A stretch of 64,000 bases of DNA from Octopus sinensis (Eukaryota), in contig NC_043003.1 in NCBI RefSeq assembly GCF_006345805.1, forward strand, positions 102,734,001 through 102,798,000, in the 5' to 3' direction. Numbering within the stretch: the first letter of the stretch is position 1; each line of letters starts with the position of its first letter. A program made the position numbers and the translations under genes. The notes under the pieces were generated by a model. That model made no database searches. It saw only the letters and a program-made list of their open reading frames with translations, and was not told the DNA's origin. Positions 1 to 12,847 of the stretch are shown here, in pieces.

Positions 1-119
1 CATCACAGTACAATGTGACAACGAAGCATCATTAAGAAACCCAAACACTAAAACAATGCAATTTATAGAAAGGATAATCTTGAAGATCAAAATTCAAGGA
101 GTTACAGTGATGTAGAGGG

Positions 120-945
120 AATACTCACCCATAATAAGAAAGTCCGCAGAGTGAAGCCGCTTGGCAAAGATTGACTTTGTTTCTGCTGTGCATGCGCACT
201 AAGTTTTAACATCTGCTGTTAATCGCAGTGCTTGAAAAAAACGTGTGTTGCATGTGTTCGTCACATTGACCATAATAGAGAAAGTTTTCATGGTGATACC
301 TCCTCAGAGTCCAACGCAAAGTTGCAGAAAGTGTATGTAGAGGAGTGTATTAGCCGCACACAAGTGTACGAGTGGTTCAGACGTTTCCAAGATGGCCGAA
401 AAAATGTCGATCGCGACGAACGCTCTGTGAGACCCGCAACCAGCAGAAATGAGAAAAATATCGCAGATGTGCGTGCAGCTGTGAGGAGAAATCGTCGAAT
501 CATCATCCGTGAGTTACCAGAGAATGTGCAGATTAGTTACGGTTCAGTTCAGTCCATTATCACTGACGTTTTGGATATGAGATGCGTGTCTGTCAAGTTT
601 GTGCCAAAACTGCTTTCAGCTGACCAAAAAGACACTCGGGTTTCAGTTGCACAAGATCTCGTTGATTGTATCGAGAACGATGAAAACTTTTTGAAAACTT
701 TGCGTAGGCCTCTGAGCAGGTATAGCCAAGCTTTTGGCAAAATTAGATGCAAATTGACTGCTCATCTTTCACTGTCATGGTCAACATGATGATCACACAC
801 TACACACGTTCCTTCCAAGAACTGCTGTAAACAGTAGAAGAGAGCTAGAATATTAAAACTTAGTGCGCATGCACAGCAGAGTACACGGTCAATCTGGTCC
901 AAGCGGCTTCATTTTGCGTGCTTTAGCTTCATTACTATGACAACA
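120..945 (+). mobile_element. Internally deleted mariner-family DNA transposon (DNA-binding domain retained, DDD catalytic domain missing)
   Basis: ORF 232-789 encodes a mariner HTH region (ECISRTQVYEWFRRFQDGR...RELPENVQISYGSVQSII...FVPKLL, a WVPKLL-like linker). Inverted repeats of about 62 bp lie at 151-212 and 850-912. Confidence 0.85.
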
Positions 946-970
946 ATGGATCAGACCACGAATATATAAA

Positions 971-1234
971 GTAAAGGTAAAGACCCCCTTCGGTCATGAA
1001 TGACCATGGGATTGCACCTAGAAAGTTACCCTCCTAGACACAAGTCCGGGCAAGGTTGTTTATGGAAGACCAGCAGTCGCCCATGCATACCAGCCTCCCC
1101 TCTCCACGCCACTGGTGTTATCCAAGGGAAAGACAAAGGTCGATACAGCTTGGCACCAGTGACGTCGCAACTCATTTCTACAGCTGAGTGAACTGGAGCA
1201 ACGTGAAATAAAGTGCCTTGCTCAAGAACACAAC
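971..1234 (-). mobile_element. 5'-truncated SINE, family D (CORE-like central domain)
   Basis: Minus strand reads GTGTTCTTGAGCAAGGCACTTTATTTCACGTTGCTCCAGTTCACTCAGCTG. The same domain recurs at 27085-27160. Ends in a (CCTTTA)-like tail. Confidence 0.7.

Positions 1235-1236
<2 letters not shown>

Positions 1237-1290
<54 letters not shown>
1237..1290. repeat. (TA)n microsatellite
   Basis: Direct reading. Confidence 0.95.
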
Positions 1291-1291
<1 letters not shown>

Positions 1292-1338
1292 AAATTAAAA
1301 AAGGAAAATACGCACATAGTTTTAATATAATTTTTAAT

Positions 1339-1373
1339 ACATCGACCGGTTTCGCTATCGCTATTCAAGATAT
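1339..1373 (-). ncRNA. Minimal type-I hammerhead-like motif (variant core UUGAAUA), left-arm copy
   Basis: ATATC TTGAATA GC-GATA-GC GAAA CCGG TC|GATGT. Helix I has 5 bp, helix II has a GNRA loop, helix III is the palindrome ACCGGT, and the cleavage triplet is GUC. Confidence 0.55.
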
Positions 1374-2199
1374 TATGTTTTACTTATTTGAATATACATT
1401 TTTTCTTAAGAAGAAATTTGGTCCATGTTGTGTGTGATGAAATTCACGAGTGAATGACTTCACAAGTGGATAAATAAAGGGAGGTAATTGGTTGTCATTA
1501 TTATTGTTATTGTTGTGGGTAAGGGAGATAACTGTTCAGTTTTCGGTAATGGGCGGGGATTATATATGTGTGCAGACAGAGACAAGTTTCAAAAAACCTT
1601 GTTTAGTAGGGGATTTATGTACAGTGATGTAATCGTGAATTGAAATATGTAAAAAGATAAAAGCTGGTTATGCGTGCATATTAAAACGTGTTTTGTATTT
1701 TTCAATGAAAAAAGTTTCTTTATTTAAACGTTCTAGTTGAGAGATTGCGTCTTTGCACTGGTTGAAAGGGAAGACTGAAATTTGGTTTGATGTTACCTGT
1801 CTTCCCTTTCTACCAGTGCAAAGACGCAATCTTTCAACTAGAACGTTTAAATAAAGAAACTTTTTTCATTGAGAAATACAAAACACGTCTTAATATGCAC
1901 GCATAACCAGCTTTTATCTTTTTACATATTTCAATTCACGATTACATCACTGTACATAAATCCCCTACTAAACAAGGTTTTTGAAACTTGTCTCTCTCTG
2001 CACACATATATAATCCCCGCCCATTACCGAAAACTGAACAGTTATCTCCCTTACCCACAACAATAACAATAATAATGACAACCAATTACCTCCCTTTATT
2101 TATCCACTTGTGAAGTCATTCACTCGTGAATTTCATCACACACAACATGGACCAAATTTCTTCTTAAGAAAAAATGTATATTCAAATAAGTAAAACATA

Positions 2200-2234
2200 A
2201 TATCTTGAATAGCGATAGCGAAACCGGTCGATGT
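2200..2234 (+). ncRNA. Minimal type-I hammerhead-like motif (variant core UUGAAUA), right-arm copy
   Basis: Identical motif to 1339-1373 on the opposite strand. Confidence 0.55.
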
Positions 2235-2593
2235 ATTAAAAATTATATTAAAACTATGTGCGTATTTTCCTTTATTAAGGAAAATATTGGCAGCAATAAT
2301 AAATATTCCAGTTGAAATGTAATGGGTTTAATTTCTTAGAAATTAACCCGTCTACGGATGATGTCAGTTAACAAACGCTTACCCTAGGTTTGGTTATCGA
2401 TCGCCACAGTGGTTATCCCAAGTGTTGGATAAATATCCTGTCGCGAAGACATCGAGGAAACCTCGAATTTGTTTATAAGACGACTGCTTGAGATTCTGAA
2501 ATTTTGACTAACGCCAGGCTCGATAGTGCGCGACTATTCCGGTGACTCTGTGTGTCTTGTCTTTGATATTTTTTTCAAAAAATATCCCCTAAA

Positions 2594-4270
2594 ATGTCTA
2601 CACAGAGGAAATTGTCTTCATCTGCCCCTCAAATTGCCAAAAAGCGAGGAAAGGCCATCGACCTCGATACAAAAATGATGGTTATTAGACAGCACGAAGG
2701 AGGAAAGAAAGTGAATGAGATCGCACGTGAATTGAAGTTATTACACTCTACTATTTCGATAGTTCTGAAGGATTCGTGAAGCTGTAAAAGGTTCAGCACC
2801 CATGCGATCTACAGTTGTAACAAAGTAGCTGACTGGGCCTATCCATAAAAAGGGGAAAATTGCAACAAATTTGGGTTGAAGATCAGATCCAAACACGAAA
2901 ACCGTCAAGTATGTTTACTGTGCAGTCGAAGGTCAGAAGTCTATTTCAGACTCTAAAGGAGCGTTCAGAGAAGAATACAGTCAAGAATTTTTAGCAAGTA
3001 CTGATTGGTTCAAAAGATTTAAAGAAAGATTCCAACGTCATAATGTTTGAGTGAATGGAGTGCAGATGAGGAAGCAGCTGGTAAGTTTGTTAGCTATTTG
3101 AAGGAAATAATTACGGATGAAAACTATCTAGCAGAACAGATTTTTAACGTGGATGAAACAGGAGTATTTTGGAAACGTGTGCCAATACGAACTTACATCA
3201 ACAACGAAGCCAAATGCATGCCTAGATTCAAAGCATTTAAGGGCAGGCTGACTCTGCTGCTTGGTAGGAACATCGCTGGGTTTACACTGAAAGCTTTCTT
3301 AATTTACCACTCAGAAAACTCGCGTGCGTTCAAGAATGTAGCTAAGCACACATTACCCATCTGCTTTCGTTCTCAGTTTAAAGCATGGATGACACGAAGA
3401 CTGTTTGAAGACTGGTTTCTGAATTGTTTTATTCCTGAAGTTCGTGGATATTGTTTGGAGAGAGGAATTCCTTTCGAGATTTTATTGCTTATGGATAATA
3501 CGCCTGGACATCCATCTCATGTATCGGATCTTCATCCCGACGTGAAAGTGGGGTTTTTCGGTCGAACACGACTCCACTCATCCAGCCAATGGATGAAGGT
3601 TCGATTGCTACACTGAAGATTATCTTCGAACCACATTCGCTCAAGCCATAGCCACCAACCAAAAACTATCACCATGCGAGAATTTTGGAAAAAGTACAAT
3701 ATTCTGACGTGTATCAAGAATATTGGTACCGCTTAGGAGGCTGTGACAAAGAAATGCATGAAAGGCGTCTTGAAAAATTGTGATGGAAAAAGGCTTTGTT
3801 GACACTCTTGATGGATTTAACAGGAACTTGAACTTGAAATGATCGGCTGGAAAATAGTAAAACTGGCTAAAGGTTTGGAGTGTTAAGTGGAAGATATAGA
3901 AAATTTGCTAGACCAAGAATCCGAAGAACTTACAAATGAAGAGCTAACTGAATTGAAAAAAGAACACGTGGAAGCAAAAAGAGGTAAGTGGAGAAAGGAG
4001 GGGAGGTGCCAGAAAGGAGTTTCACTACAAAAGAATTATCAGGTTTATTTCGACTGAATAAAATTTTTTCACACTTTGAAGCAATGGACCTAAAACATCG
4101 AACGATTTGCTAGGTACACGATGTGTTTCGTCAGTATCGTGAAATTTATGAAGAGAAGAAGAAACAAATAATTCAGACAAAGTTTACTTCCGCTACTACA
4201 ATTGCTACCTCAGCAAACAACATCGAAGATCCACAGCCAAGCACTAGTCTACAATTAATTCTTATGTAAG
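2594..4270 (+). mobile_element. Decayed Tigger/pogo transposase (TIGD1-like), frameshifted
   Basis: 2594-2779 encodes a CENP-B-type HTH (AIDLDTKMMVIRQHEGGKKVNEIARELKL). 3047-3616 encodes the DDE_1 region (QIFNVDETGVFWKR, KAWMTRRLFEDWF, LLLMDNTPGHP). Stops and frameshifts throughout; TIRs not resolved. Confidence 0.9.
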
Positions 4271-4404
4271 TTTTGAAGCTGTTTCTTACACTACATTGTG
4301 TATTTCTTGTATTTGCATTATTTGGCACTTTTCTATGAACAAATGTTTCAATGAACACTGTTGTTGTATAATACAAAATGCTGTGTGTGACTTTTACCTG
4401 AGAA

Positions 4405-4672
4405 TGTCACCGTCACTGTCACCGACCAGGCTATCAGATGTTGCCACACATCGCTGGTCACAATGCGCTTCGCATTGTTTTAGCCTTCAAATGACGCCAC
4501 CCCGCTGGCTAAGCGGGCAGGCCAACAGAAGAAAGAGTGAGAGAAAGTCGTGGCAAAAGAGCTTTAGGTGTTTTGGCTCAATAAACACTCACAACGCCCG
4601 GTCTGGGAATCGAAACCGCGATCCTACGATCGCGAGTCTGCTGCCCTAACCACTGGACCATTGCACCTCCAC
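4405..4672 (-). mobile_element. tRNA-derived SINE, family C, tail type 1
   Basis: Minus-strand head has A box TGGTCCAGTGG and B box GGTTTCGATTCCC. The body is shared with 27290, 37136 and 60305. Confidence 0.85.
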
Positions 4673-4757
4673 CTGAGAAGGTAAAAATATAAAACAAATC
4701 GACTGACGATCACTCAGTCGGAACCAATTGTGGCCGTAAGTAGACGACGACCTGTAT

Positions 4758-4789
<32 letters not shown>

Positions 4790-4878
4790 ATAGGCGTACT
4801 TATATGTATGTGTATATATATATGCGTACATATATGTATGTGCGTGTGTGTGTGTTTGTGTGTTAATGTGTTTGTGTA

Positions 4879-5149
4879 TCTCTTATTATAAAAGGCAGAT
4901 TTTATCTGCCTCCCTTTGGGAGTTATACAAATCTACAATATAGGATTTCTTCAATTACAATTTACCTACCATTTTTAAGAGTACAATGCATCGCGTCATG
5001 CCAGGTCCAGTTTTTAAAATTTAAACTCAAATTAAGCAGAATTTACAGAAAACTCACATTCTGGTGTGTGTGTCAAATGCTTTTCTTAGTCTGGTTTACA
5101 CCACACGCAAACGCACACACACAGTGGGCAACGAATAAAGTGAAACTAG
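4879..5149 (+). mobile_element. Possible non-autonomous Helitron-like element
   Basis: Starts TCTCTTATTATAAAA with a GGCAGAT-TTT-ATCTGCC hairpin and ends CTAG. The 3' hairpin is degenerate and the 3' flank is A rather than T. Confidence 0.35.
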
Positions 5150-5329
5150 ATGTAATATTTGTTTCTCTCTATCACGCTGATAGATACATGAGTAAAATGT
5201 ATGGGAAGCTAACACATAAGTGTGAGTGAAAATGTTCTTGGAAGAGAGTAAATAGCCAGAGATAGTGATTTGAGGAAGACTTTACATTAAATAACCGTAC
5301 TGGCTTGTGTTAGTAATAAAGTAAACATA

Positions 5330-5744
5330 CACTCATACATACATACACACACACACACACATACATACATACACACACACATACATACACACATACATAC
5401 ATACATATACATACATACACACCACACACACACACACATACACACACACACACACACATACATACACACATACATACATACATATACATACATACACACA
5501 CACACACATACACACACACACACAGTATTGAAGCTTGAGAACAATCAGATACATTTGCAACACATCTGTTGAAAATATTATTGTTCACACACATACATAT
5601 ACATATATACATACAGACAGACAGATAGACACACACACACACACACACACATGATCCAGCATGGCCACAACCTCAAGGCTGAAACATATAAAAGAATAAC
5701 AGAATATAAATGTGTGCATGTGTGTGAGAGAGAGAGTGTGTGTG

Positions 5745-5776
<32 letters not shown>

Positions 5777-5830
5777 TGTATGTATGTATGTATGTATGTA
5801 TGTATGTATGTATGAATGAATGAATGAATG
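5330..5830. repeat. Compound (CA)n/(CATA)n/(TATG)n microsatellites
   Basis: Direct reading; source of the spurious MYVC-type ORFs. Confidence 0.95.
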
Positions 5831-6159
5831 AACTATGTCAGGCCAGTTGCAAGAAGTAGCGCATGGGTGTTTCAGTCGGTGAGAGTACAATAATAAGAAT
5901 AATCACAGATGTAATTTGTAAAAATACTGATAATCTTGAACGTACAAACGAAAAAAAAATTAGTCTTGACGCTAATAAAATTCTGCTGAAACCTTCTAAT
6001 AAGGTATTTTAAAAAGAAATGAGGGCTGAAGATGTTGAAGGTGCGAGTGTTAAAGGAATAGGGAACTGGATAAAAAGGAAAAGAAAAAAACGTACATACA
6101 GGAGACGTGATGGCATCATGGTTTGCGGAAGTATTACAAAATGGGGATTCCATAAATAT

Positions 6160-6555
6160 GAATTTCAAATTTGGTACAAGGCAGCAATTTCAGAGGAAGG
6201 AGTAAGCCGATTACACCGGCCCCAGTACTCAACTGGTACTTATTTTAATCAATCCGGAAAGGCTAAGTCAACGTCGGTGGAATTTTAATTCAGAACGTAA
6301 AGATGAACGAAACACCGCTAACAATTTTCCCAGATCGCCGCCTTAGGGATATTTCAAATTTACTTTCAAATTTTGCCACAAAGCCAGCAAATTCGGGGCT
6401 GGGAGTAAGTTGATTATATCGATCCAAGTGCTCAACAAGTATTCATTTTAATCGACCCCACTCCAAAGGATGAAATACTCAGGTGTTTCTCAAGTACACA
6501 TCGGGAATCGAACTCATAACCTTACGATCGTGAGCCAAATATCGTAACCACTACG
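6160..6555 (-). mobile_element. Two degenerate family A SINEs plus a family D SINE head
   Basis: Reverse complements of AAGGCGGCGA...GTTCTGAATTAAAATTCC and GAGTTCGATTCCCGA. Confidence 0.7.
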
Positions 6556-6565
6556 TCCTTTATAT

Positions 6566-6960
6566 AGGCATGGCTGCTTGGTAAGAAGCTTGCTTCTCAA
6601 TCACATGGATCAGGGTTCAGTCCTACTGCGTAGTACCTTGGGCAAGGGTCTTCTACTATGGTCTCAGACCGACCAAAGCTTTGGATTTAGTAGACTGGTA
6701 GCGGGAATCTGAAAGAAGCCCAACGTTTATATGTACATATATATGCACGTGCGCGCGTGTGCCTTTGTGTCTGTGTTGGTGCCCTTCCACCGCTACAGAA
6801 CCGATGTTGGTGTGTTTACGCCCCCGTAACTTAGCGGTTCAGCAAGAGAGATAGAATAAGTATTAGGCTTAAAAATAAAGTACTGGGGCCGATTCATTTG
6901 ATTAAAAATTCTTCAAGGCGGTGCCCCTGCATGGCTGCAGTCTAATTACTGAAACAGGAA
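6566..6960 (+). mobile_element. tRNA-derived SINE, family B (CORE-like TTGGGCAAG domain), near full length
   Basis: Head TATAGGCATGGCTGCTTGGTAAG, B box GGGTTCAGTCC, internal microsatellite, tail AAGGCGGTGCCCCTGCATGG. Confidence 0.85.
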
Positions 6961-6990
6961 AAACATATGCACACACACGCACACACACAC

Positions 6991-7073
<83 letters not shown>

Positions 7074-7289
7074 AATAAGAAAATGGAGGGGATCAATAGG
7101 TGGTTCATCAACTTTTTAGACATTATATTATGTCAATTTATTTATTTATTTACTAAAATGACAATTACAAGAATATACATACATGTATAACATATTATGC
7201 TTTACATATGAAATATATAAATATATAAAGATACCAGTAATTATTAAAATACATCATACAGGAATATAAATTGGGAAAGGGTGTAAGGG

Positions 7290-7757
7290 ATGGGATGGGG
7301 TGGGATGGGAAGGATAGAGAAGATGGAGTAGGAATGTGTAGGGGTGGGGTGGCCTTATAGGGGAGGGCTGACGATGAAGGTGGGTATGTGAGAAGAGAGA
7401 AAGAGAGTAAGAGAGAAGAGAGAAGAGAGAAAGAGAGAAAGAGAGTAGGAGGGAAGAGAGAAAGAGAGTAAGTGTGAAGTGAAGTAGGAGTCGGAGCAAG
7501 AGAGGAGAGGTGGGTGGGAGGAAGTAGGAGGGAGGGGGAGAGAGACGAGGGGAGGAGAGTTGAGCCCAAATGGTATAAAGGAGCGAAGAGAGAAGATTAA
7601 TCCCTGTTCACGGCGCAAATGGGAGTCAGGATGGCCTCTGTGCAAGAACAATCCAAACACGAACAGGTGTTGCAAAGAGTGTCCGGTAGAGCGGAAATTG
7701 CGTGAGACTAGGGTGTCATTGCCGAGGCGGATGTTTCGGAGGTGTTCCGCGAACCGG
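7290..7757 (-). mobile_element. Penelope-like element fragment: GIY-YIG endonuclease C-terminus plus pyrimidine-rich 3' UTR
   Basis: Minus translation RFAEHLRNIRLGNDTLVSRNFRSTGHSLQHLFVFGLFLHRGHPDSHLRREQGLIFSLRSFIPFGLN fits the PLE pattern (R..EH, HS, EQ..I..L...P.GLN). Confidence 0.75.
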
Positions 7758-7844
7758 TATATATATGTGTGTGCGTGTGTGTGTGTGTATGTATATATGT
7801 ATGTATGTATGTATGTATATATCTATATATATATACACATATAT

Positions 7845-7978
7845 ACGACGGGCTTCTTTCTGTTTCCGTCTACCAAATCCACTCACAAGGCTTTGGACGG
7901 CCCGAGGCTACAGTAGAAGACAGTTGCCCAAGGTGCCACGCAGTGGGACTGAACCCGGAACCATGTGGTTGGTAAGCT
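7845..7978 (-). mobile_element. Family B SINE head
   Basis: Reverse complement of the family B head and CORE-like region. Confidence 0.85.
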
Positions 7979-8514
7979 TCAATTTCAGACAGTCTAATCG
8001 TTGTGTTGCTTAGAATTTGAGAGGTGCAATTTTGGGTTTGCAATTTTGATACTAAACCCACTTTATATCCTAAATATTTTCCCAAGTTACTCTAAAGACG
8101 TGATCTTCAGCAATTAGATCCAACATAACAAGAACCTAAGCTATCATTTTAGGTTGGCAATTTTAACGGAAGATCAAGTTATGGCAGAAAGCTCTGCTCT
8201 GCTTATATAGTCTTGTGCAGTTGGTGATTCTGGATTTTGGGAATAATTAGTGCATTGTTTACATCTTAGATATTCCTTAACAAATTTAAATTTCTTATGA
8301 TTTTTGAAAAGCAGTTGTCTTTCATTGACATTCATATTGGTTTATATGAGTAGTCTACGTGCACGCGCACATACACACACATACACACATAAATATACGA
8401 TCACATAATGTTTAAATACAGTTTTGTTAAATCAGTTTTGTTTTAATATTTAATCGATGTATACTACATTTTAAACATTGAAAACTATATATTTATAAAG
8501 ACTAATTCGAGATC

Positions 8515-8560
<46 letters not shown>

Positions 8561-9332
8561 TTCATGCATACATATGTATGTACTTACACACCCCACACAC
8601 TCTCACACACACATGATTATGCGTCTGTATCCGTACACATTTATACGTAGAGAAAGCGAAAACCTCATGAATAAATTATAATTAATACCTATGCATGTGT
8701 ACATATATGCGTGTGTCTATCTGTGTGTTTGTGTGTCTGTCAATGTGTGTGCAGGTGTAGTCTATGGCTTCAAGCACATCATTAGTCATTTTGTTAATCC
8801 AACATTAATCAGAAAGTTGTTGTAGTGATGATTACATTTATTTATATTTTTACCATGCGTATCATCTTCATCGTCATCATAATGTCGGTTATATTTTATT
8901 TTTATTTTTCTTCGCTCCCTCAGTGTGTAATGGCATGACGTCAAGCTTCTCGATCTGAAGAGCATGCGATGTGTGGAAGTGTAAAGGCAATGATGTCACA
9001 CCAGTTGTAATGCATACGAACTTGAGTACGGCTGTGTGAGAATGCGCTAAAAACGAATAGGTGATGAGAAGAATAGTAATGACTTAATTGTGAGATATTC
9101 TCACAGTCGACAGGGAAAAGCGTATTGGGGACACACAGTCTACAACACCTAGAAGAGAATGTACAGGAATGGGTTACAAGGCGGGCGCAAGGTAATAGTC
9201 TGTTAGGAAACCTACCTGACATAATGGATCGTATAAATCACTGGAATCTCTGAAGAAATATTTTATCTAATGCTGCAGCTAAGCTTAGTAAACTAAAGCA
9301 TATATATATGTCTGTAGGTCTATTTGAAACTC

Positions 9333-9371
<39 letters not shown>

Positions 9372-9373
<2 letters not shown>

Positions 9374-9596
9374 TTTTATTTGCTTCAGTCATTTGACTGC
9401 AGCCATGCTGGAGCACCGCCTTTAGTCGAACAAATCGTCACAGAACTTATTCTTTGTAAGCCTAGTACTTATTCTATCGGTCTCCTTTGCTGAACCGCTA
9501 GTTTACGGGGACGTAATCAGTTCAGCATCGGCTGTCAAACGAAATGGGGGGATAAACACAGACACACAAACATACATACACACACAAACGTACACA

Positions 9597-9673
<77 letters not shown>

Positions 9674-9700
9674 ATATATAATATATATATATTATATATA

Positions 9701-9746
<46 letters not shown>

Positions 9747-9850
9747 GACACACACACACATATATATATATATATAAAATAAAGGCGGTGCTCCAGCATG
9801 ACCACAGTCAAACGACTGAAACAAGTAAAATAGTAAAATAGTAAAAGAGC
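9372..9850. mobile_element. Two inverted family B SINE tails (9372-9560 minus, 9781-9850 plus) around a (TACA)/(TA)n array
   Basis: The AAGGCGGTGCTCCAGCATGG tail is present in both orientations. Confidence 0.8.
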
Positions 9851-11734
9851 AAACAGTTTAATTACTAACACGTATTTCCAGTATACCTATACAAATATCA
9901 ACACAAGCATAAAGAACTTTATACACACCTACGATAAGTCTGTAATTGTTTTCAATTCCAAGCATGCGTATTTATTTACACTTTGCTTTTTCATTGTTTT
10001 GAATCTGCTTTTTTTTATATTACAACACAATCGATCGCTACATCTTTTTCGTTCCAATATTTTTCTTCTCAAAGTAACAACTTTCAGATAATCTATTTAG
10101 GTTTTTTTATGGAAATACAAAACCGTCTTTTTCCTATGTATGTATGTATGTATGTATGTATGTATGTATGTATGTATGTATGTATTATGAATGTTAGTAT
10201 TTATGTGTGTGCGTGCGTATGTGTGTGTGCGCGTGTGTGCGTGCATGTGTGTGTGTGTGTGTACATAGGTAGATTTTTGATAATTAATTTAAATATCTCT
10301 TTTCAGCGATGAGCAAACTGAAACTAAATTGTAAATAGTAATAGTCGCCTTTTAACAGTGCTCATTTGCGTAGATGTACAGAACCAAAGTAAAAGCCAAC
10401 TGTAAAAAGAGAACGATAGAATCGAGTGGGAATACAACTCACAGCACATTTGCAGGAACATCGTTGTTAATAATCGCTATAGCATGAGGCATCTGATGAC
10501 TCTCGGCTTTCACTCGGGTTAACAGATTTAATTATCTATACAATAATTCGGCAAGTATTTTGAATCATGGACACGTGTGACAGTATTAAAACAAGATAGA
10601 TTTGGGTACTTTGAAAATGAGCTCCACGAATTAGATGATGGTAACGATTTTAAGGGTCAGGATAACTGGAAAATGTTTAGGATATAAAGGAGGCTTAGAA
10701 GCCAAAGTGCAAACTCACCACAATAGCTCACAGATTCCATCAATAAGACGAGGCAAAATTAATTATAGAGGCGTAGTCACAAGATAGAACAAATAAACTC
10801 ATTTCTCACCCTAAAAGAACCCATGTTTCACCAAGTTAGCTTCAGAACTCGTCCATAGACACCACTTTCTATTCCCCGACTACATCCATAGCAATCCCTT
10901 AACTCTTTAATGACCACCCACTAACTTCCATCGCAACACACTCGCACACGCACAGGACATAGATACACGCGCAGGACACTCGCATACAAGGGAGTAAATT
11001 ACAACCCGTTAGTTAAACTAATTCTACCAATATTTTCTTTATCAGCACAAACACATCTTTAGATCGAAAGATAGTATCGACTTTTAGTATATCTGGAAAA
11101 TGAATGATAGCGGAATTGACAATATGTCTATGTGCTGGAATAGTGTAGAAACTCCATATATAAATGGATCACAAAGGTACAATTTTTATATGACCGCATG
11201 TATGATATCTTGATGCAATATTTCAATGAGTTAGGCTCAAAAAACTTAAACTCTGTCTATGTGTGTGTATATGAATAATCGCAACTACAATCCGGTTAAC
11301 AATTTCTATCTCTAAACACATAGACATTGGTCATAAGCACTCTGCAATGTCATATATCAGTAGACACCCTCAGCACCGCATTATATTCTTGACAAGCACT
11401 ATCTCTCACAGCAAGGAAACCGACCAATTCTATAAAGATTCCTCACAGCTTGCCATCCTCATCTTACTAAACGCTTCAAACGTTATCTTCTGACTAAAGC
11501 CAACAAAAGGAAAAAGAAAACTAATATTTCAGTCAGCTTTATACTTTGCTCTGAATCTTCCACCAAAATTCTTCCATTTTGTTATCCGAAACCACGAGCA
11601 AGGGTGAAGTAAAGCTATCAAGTTCGAACAAATAAATAGACTCTACAAATGTATTGAGGACGTTTTCTTACATGTGGTTTTGGATTCTGAACCTAATTGT
11701 TTTTCTGCAATTCTTCAGAAAAATCCATGATACC

Positions 11735-12345
11735 AGATTCAAAACTTGGCACAGGGCCAGCAAGTTCGGGGAAGAGAATAAATCAATTAACATCGACCCT
11801 ACTACTCGACTGGTACTTATTTTATCGACCCCCGGAAGGATGAAAGGCAAAGTCGACCTCGGCAGAATTTGAACTCAGAACGTAAAGGCGAACAAAATGA
11901 GTATTTTGCCCGGCGTGCTAATGACTTTGCCAGTTCGCTGCCTTAAAGACATGTATAATATTGTCTATTAACTGTTTATTTGACTTTCGAACAACAGTGA
12001 GTCTTAATTCATTTCGTTCCCTTCACTTTCTTTGTTATTTACCTGAGAAGGGATTTCGTTGTCATTTAGAAGAAATTATTCCTCTTCAGTTATTTTCGTT
12101 GTCTTATTTACTAAAGCTACCCCCCCCCCCCCCGCTTTCCCATTTTACTGGCCGTTTAGGAATTTTTACCAGTAATTAACCTCAGTATTTGATGGGTACT
12201 TTATTTTATCGAACCCCTGAAAGGTGAAAGGCAAAGCGGACGTTGGTGGGTCACATTTGAAATTTGAACTCACAACATAGAAGCCAGAACAAATACCTCG
12301 ACGTATTTCTCGCGATGCAGCAATGGTTTTGCCACCCACTGCCCT
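11735..12345 (-). mobile_element. Two family A SINEs (11735-11945, 12130-12345)
   Basis: Reverse complements of the family A head (B box GAGTTCAAATTC) with tail type beta. Confidence 0.8.
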
Positions 12346-12518
12346 TACGATAATAATTTCTTACACGCACGACCAAGAAAATGTGTGGTTTGCCTGCTTA
12401 AATATAATTTCATTTTAACTCTTTCAGTAGTAAGGCAAGCATTAAAGAAGGGGTGGAGTAGGCTTGACTAAAAACTACAGCCAGTTCGAACCACCGAGAT
12501 GTCTTAAAGTCCCCTCAC

Positions 12519-12614
12519 CTCAGTGAATCGAATGCATTGTGAAGCACTCATCGTCTGCAAACGCTATTCTCCCGAAATGAAATCCTATAGCGATTACAAT
12601 ATTCAAATTTTGAT
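12519..12614 (-). other. 96-bp exon-like unit, copy 1 (closed in all frames)
   Basis: CCGACAG| acceptor and |GTGAGG donor; paralogous to 12848-12943. Confidence 0.3.
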
Positions 12615-12847
12615 CTGTCGGAATTTATTAAGAACGCATACGTATGCCATAGCTTTTCATATTCACCGTTCTCCGTGCACGTGATGATCTATTACCGGTT
12701 GGACAGACATCAGTTAATATCAGCAGATAATTTGTTTGTTGACTTCTATAAAAAAAAGTGCCAAAATTCTTACTTAAACAGATACTTGATTTGGGAATAG
12801 TTTTCACTGAAGGGACACAACCAGGACGAAAACCGCAGTCCTCTTAC

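Larger units (their letters stand above)
1300..2273. mobile_element. Penelope-like element 3' end duplicated as a giant fold-back (arms 1300-1775 and 1799-2273, 23-nt loop)
   Basis: Arms are reverse complements with about 6 differences. The right arm encodes VFPFYQCKDAIFQLERLNKETFFIEKYKTRLNMHA* (1799-1906), resembling a PLE GIY-YIG C-terminus, followed by a UTR carrying a hammerhead-like motif. Confidence 0.8.

Noticed and set aside
1300-2273. Foldback/MITE DNA transposon interpretation of the palindrome
   Set aside because: The arms contain a PLE endonuclease C-terminus and a hammerhead-like UTR, indicating retro-origin.
9000-9290. CR1/L2-like RT C-terminal remnant (ELEYG, LEENVQEWVTR)
   Set aside because: Too degenerate to support; several frameshifts are needed.
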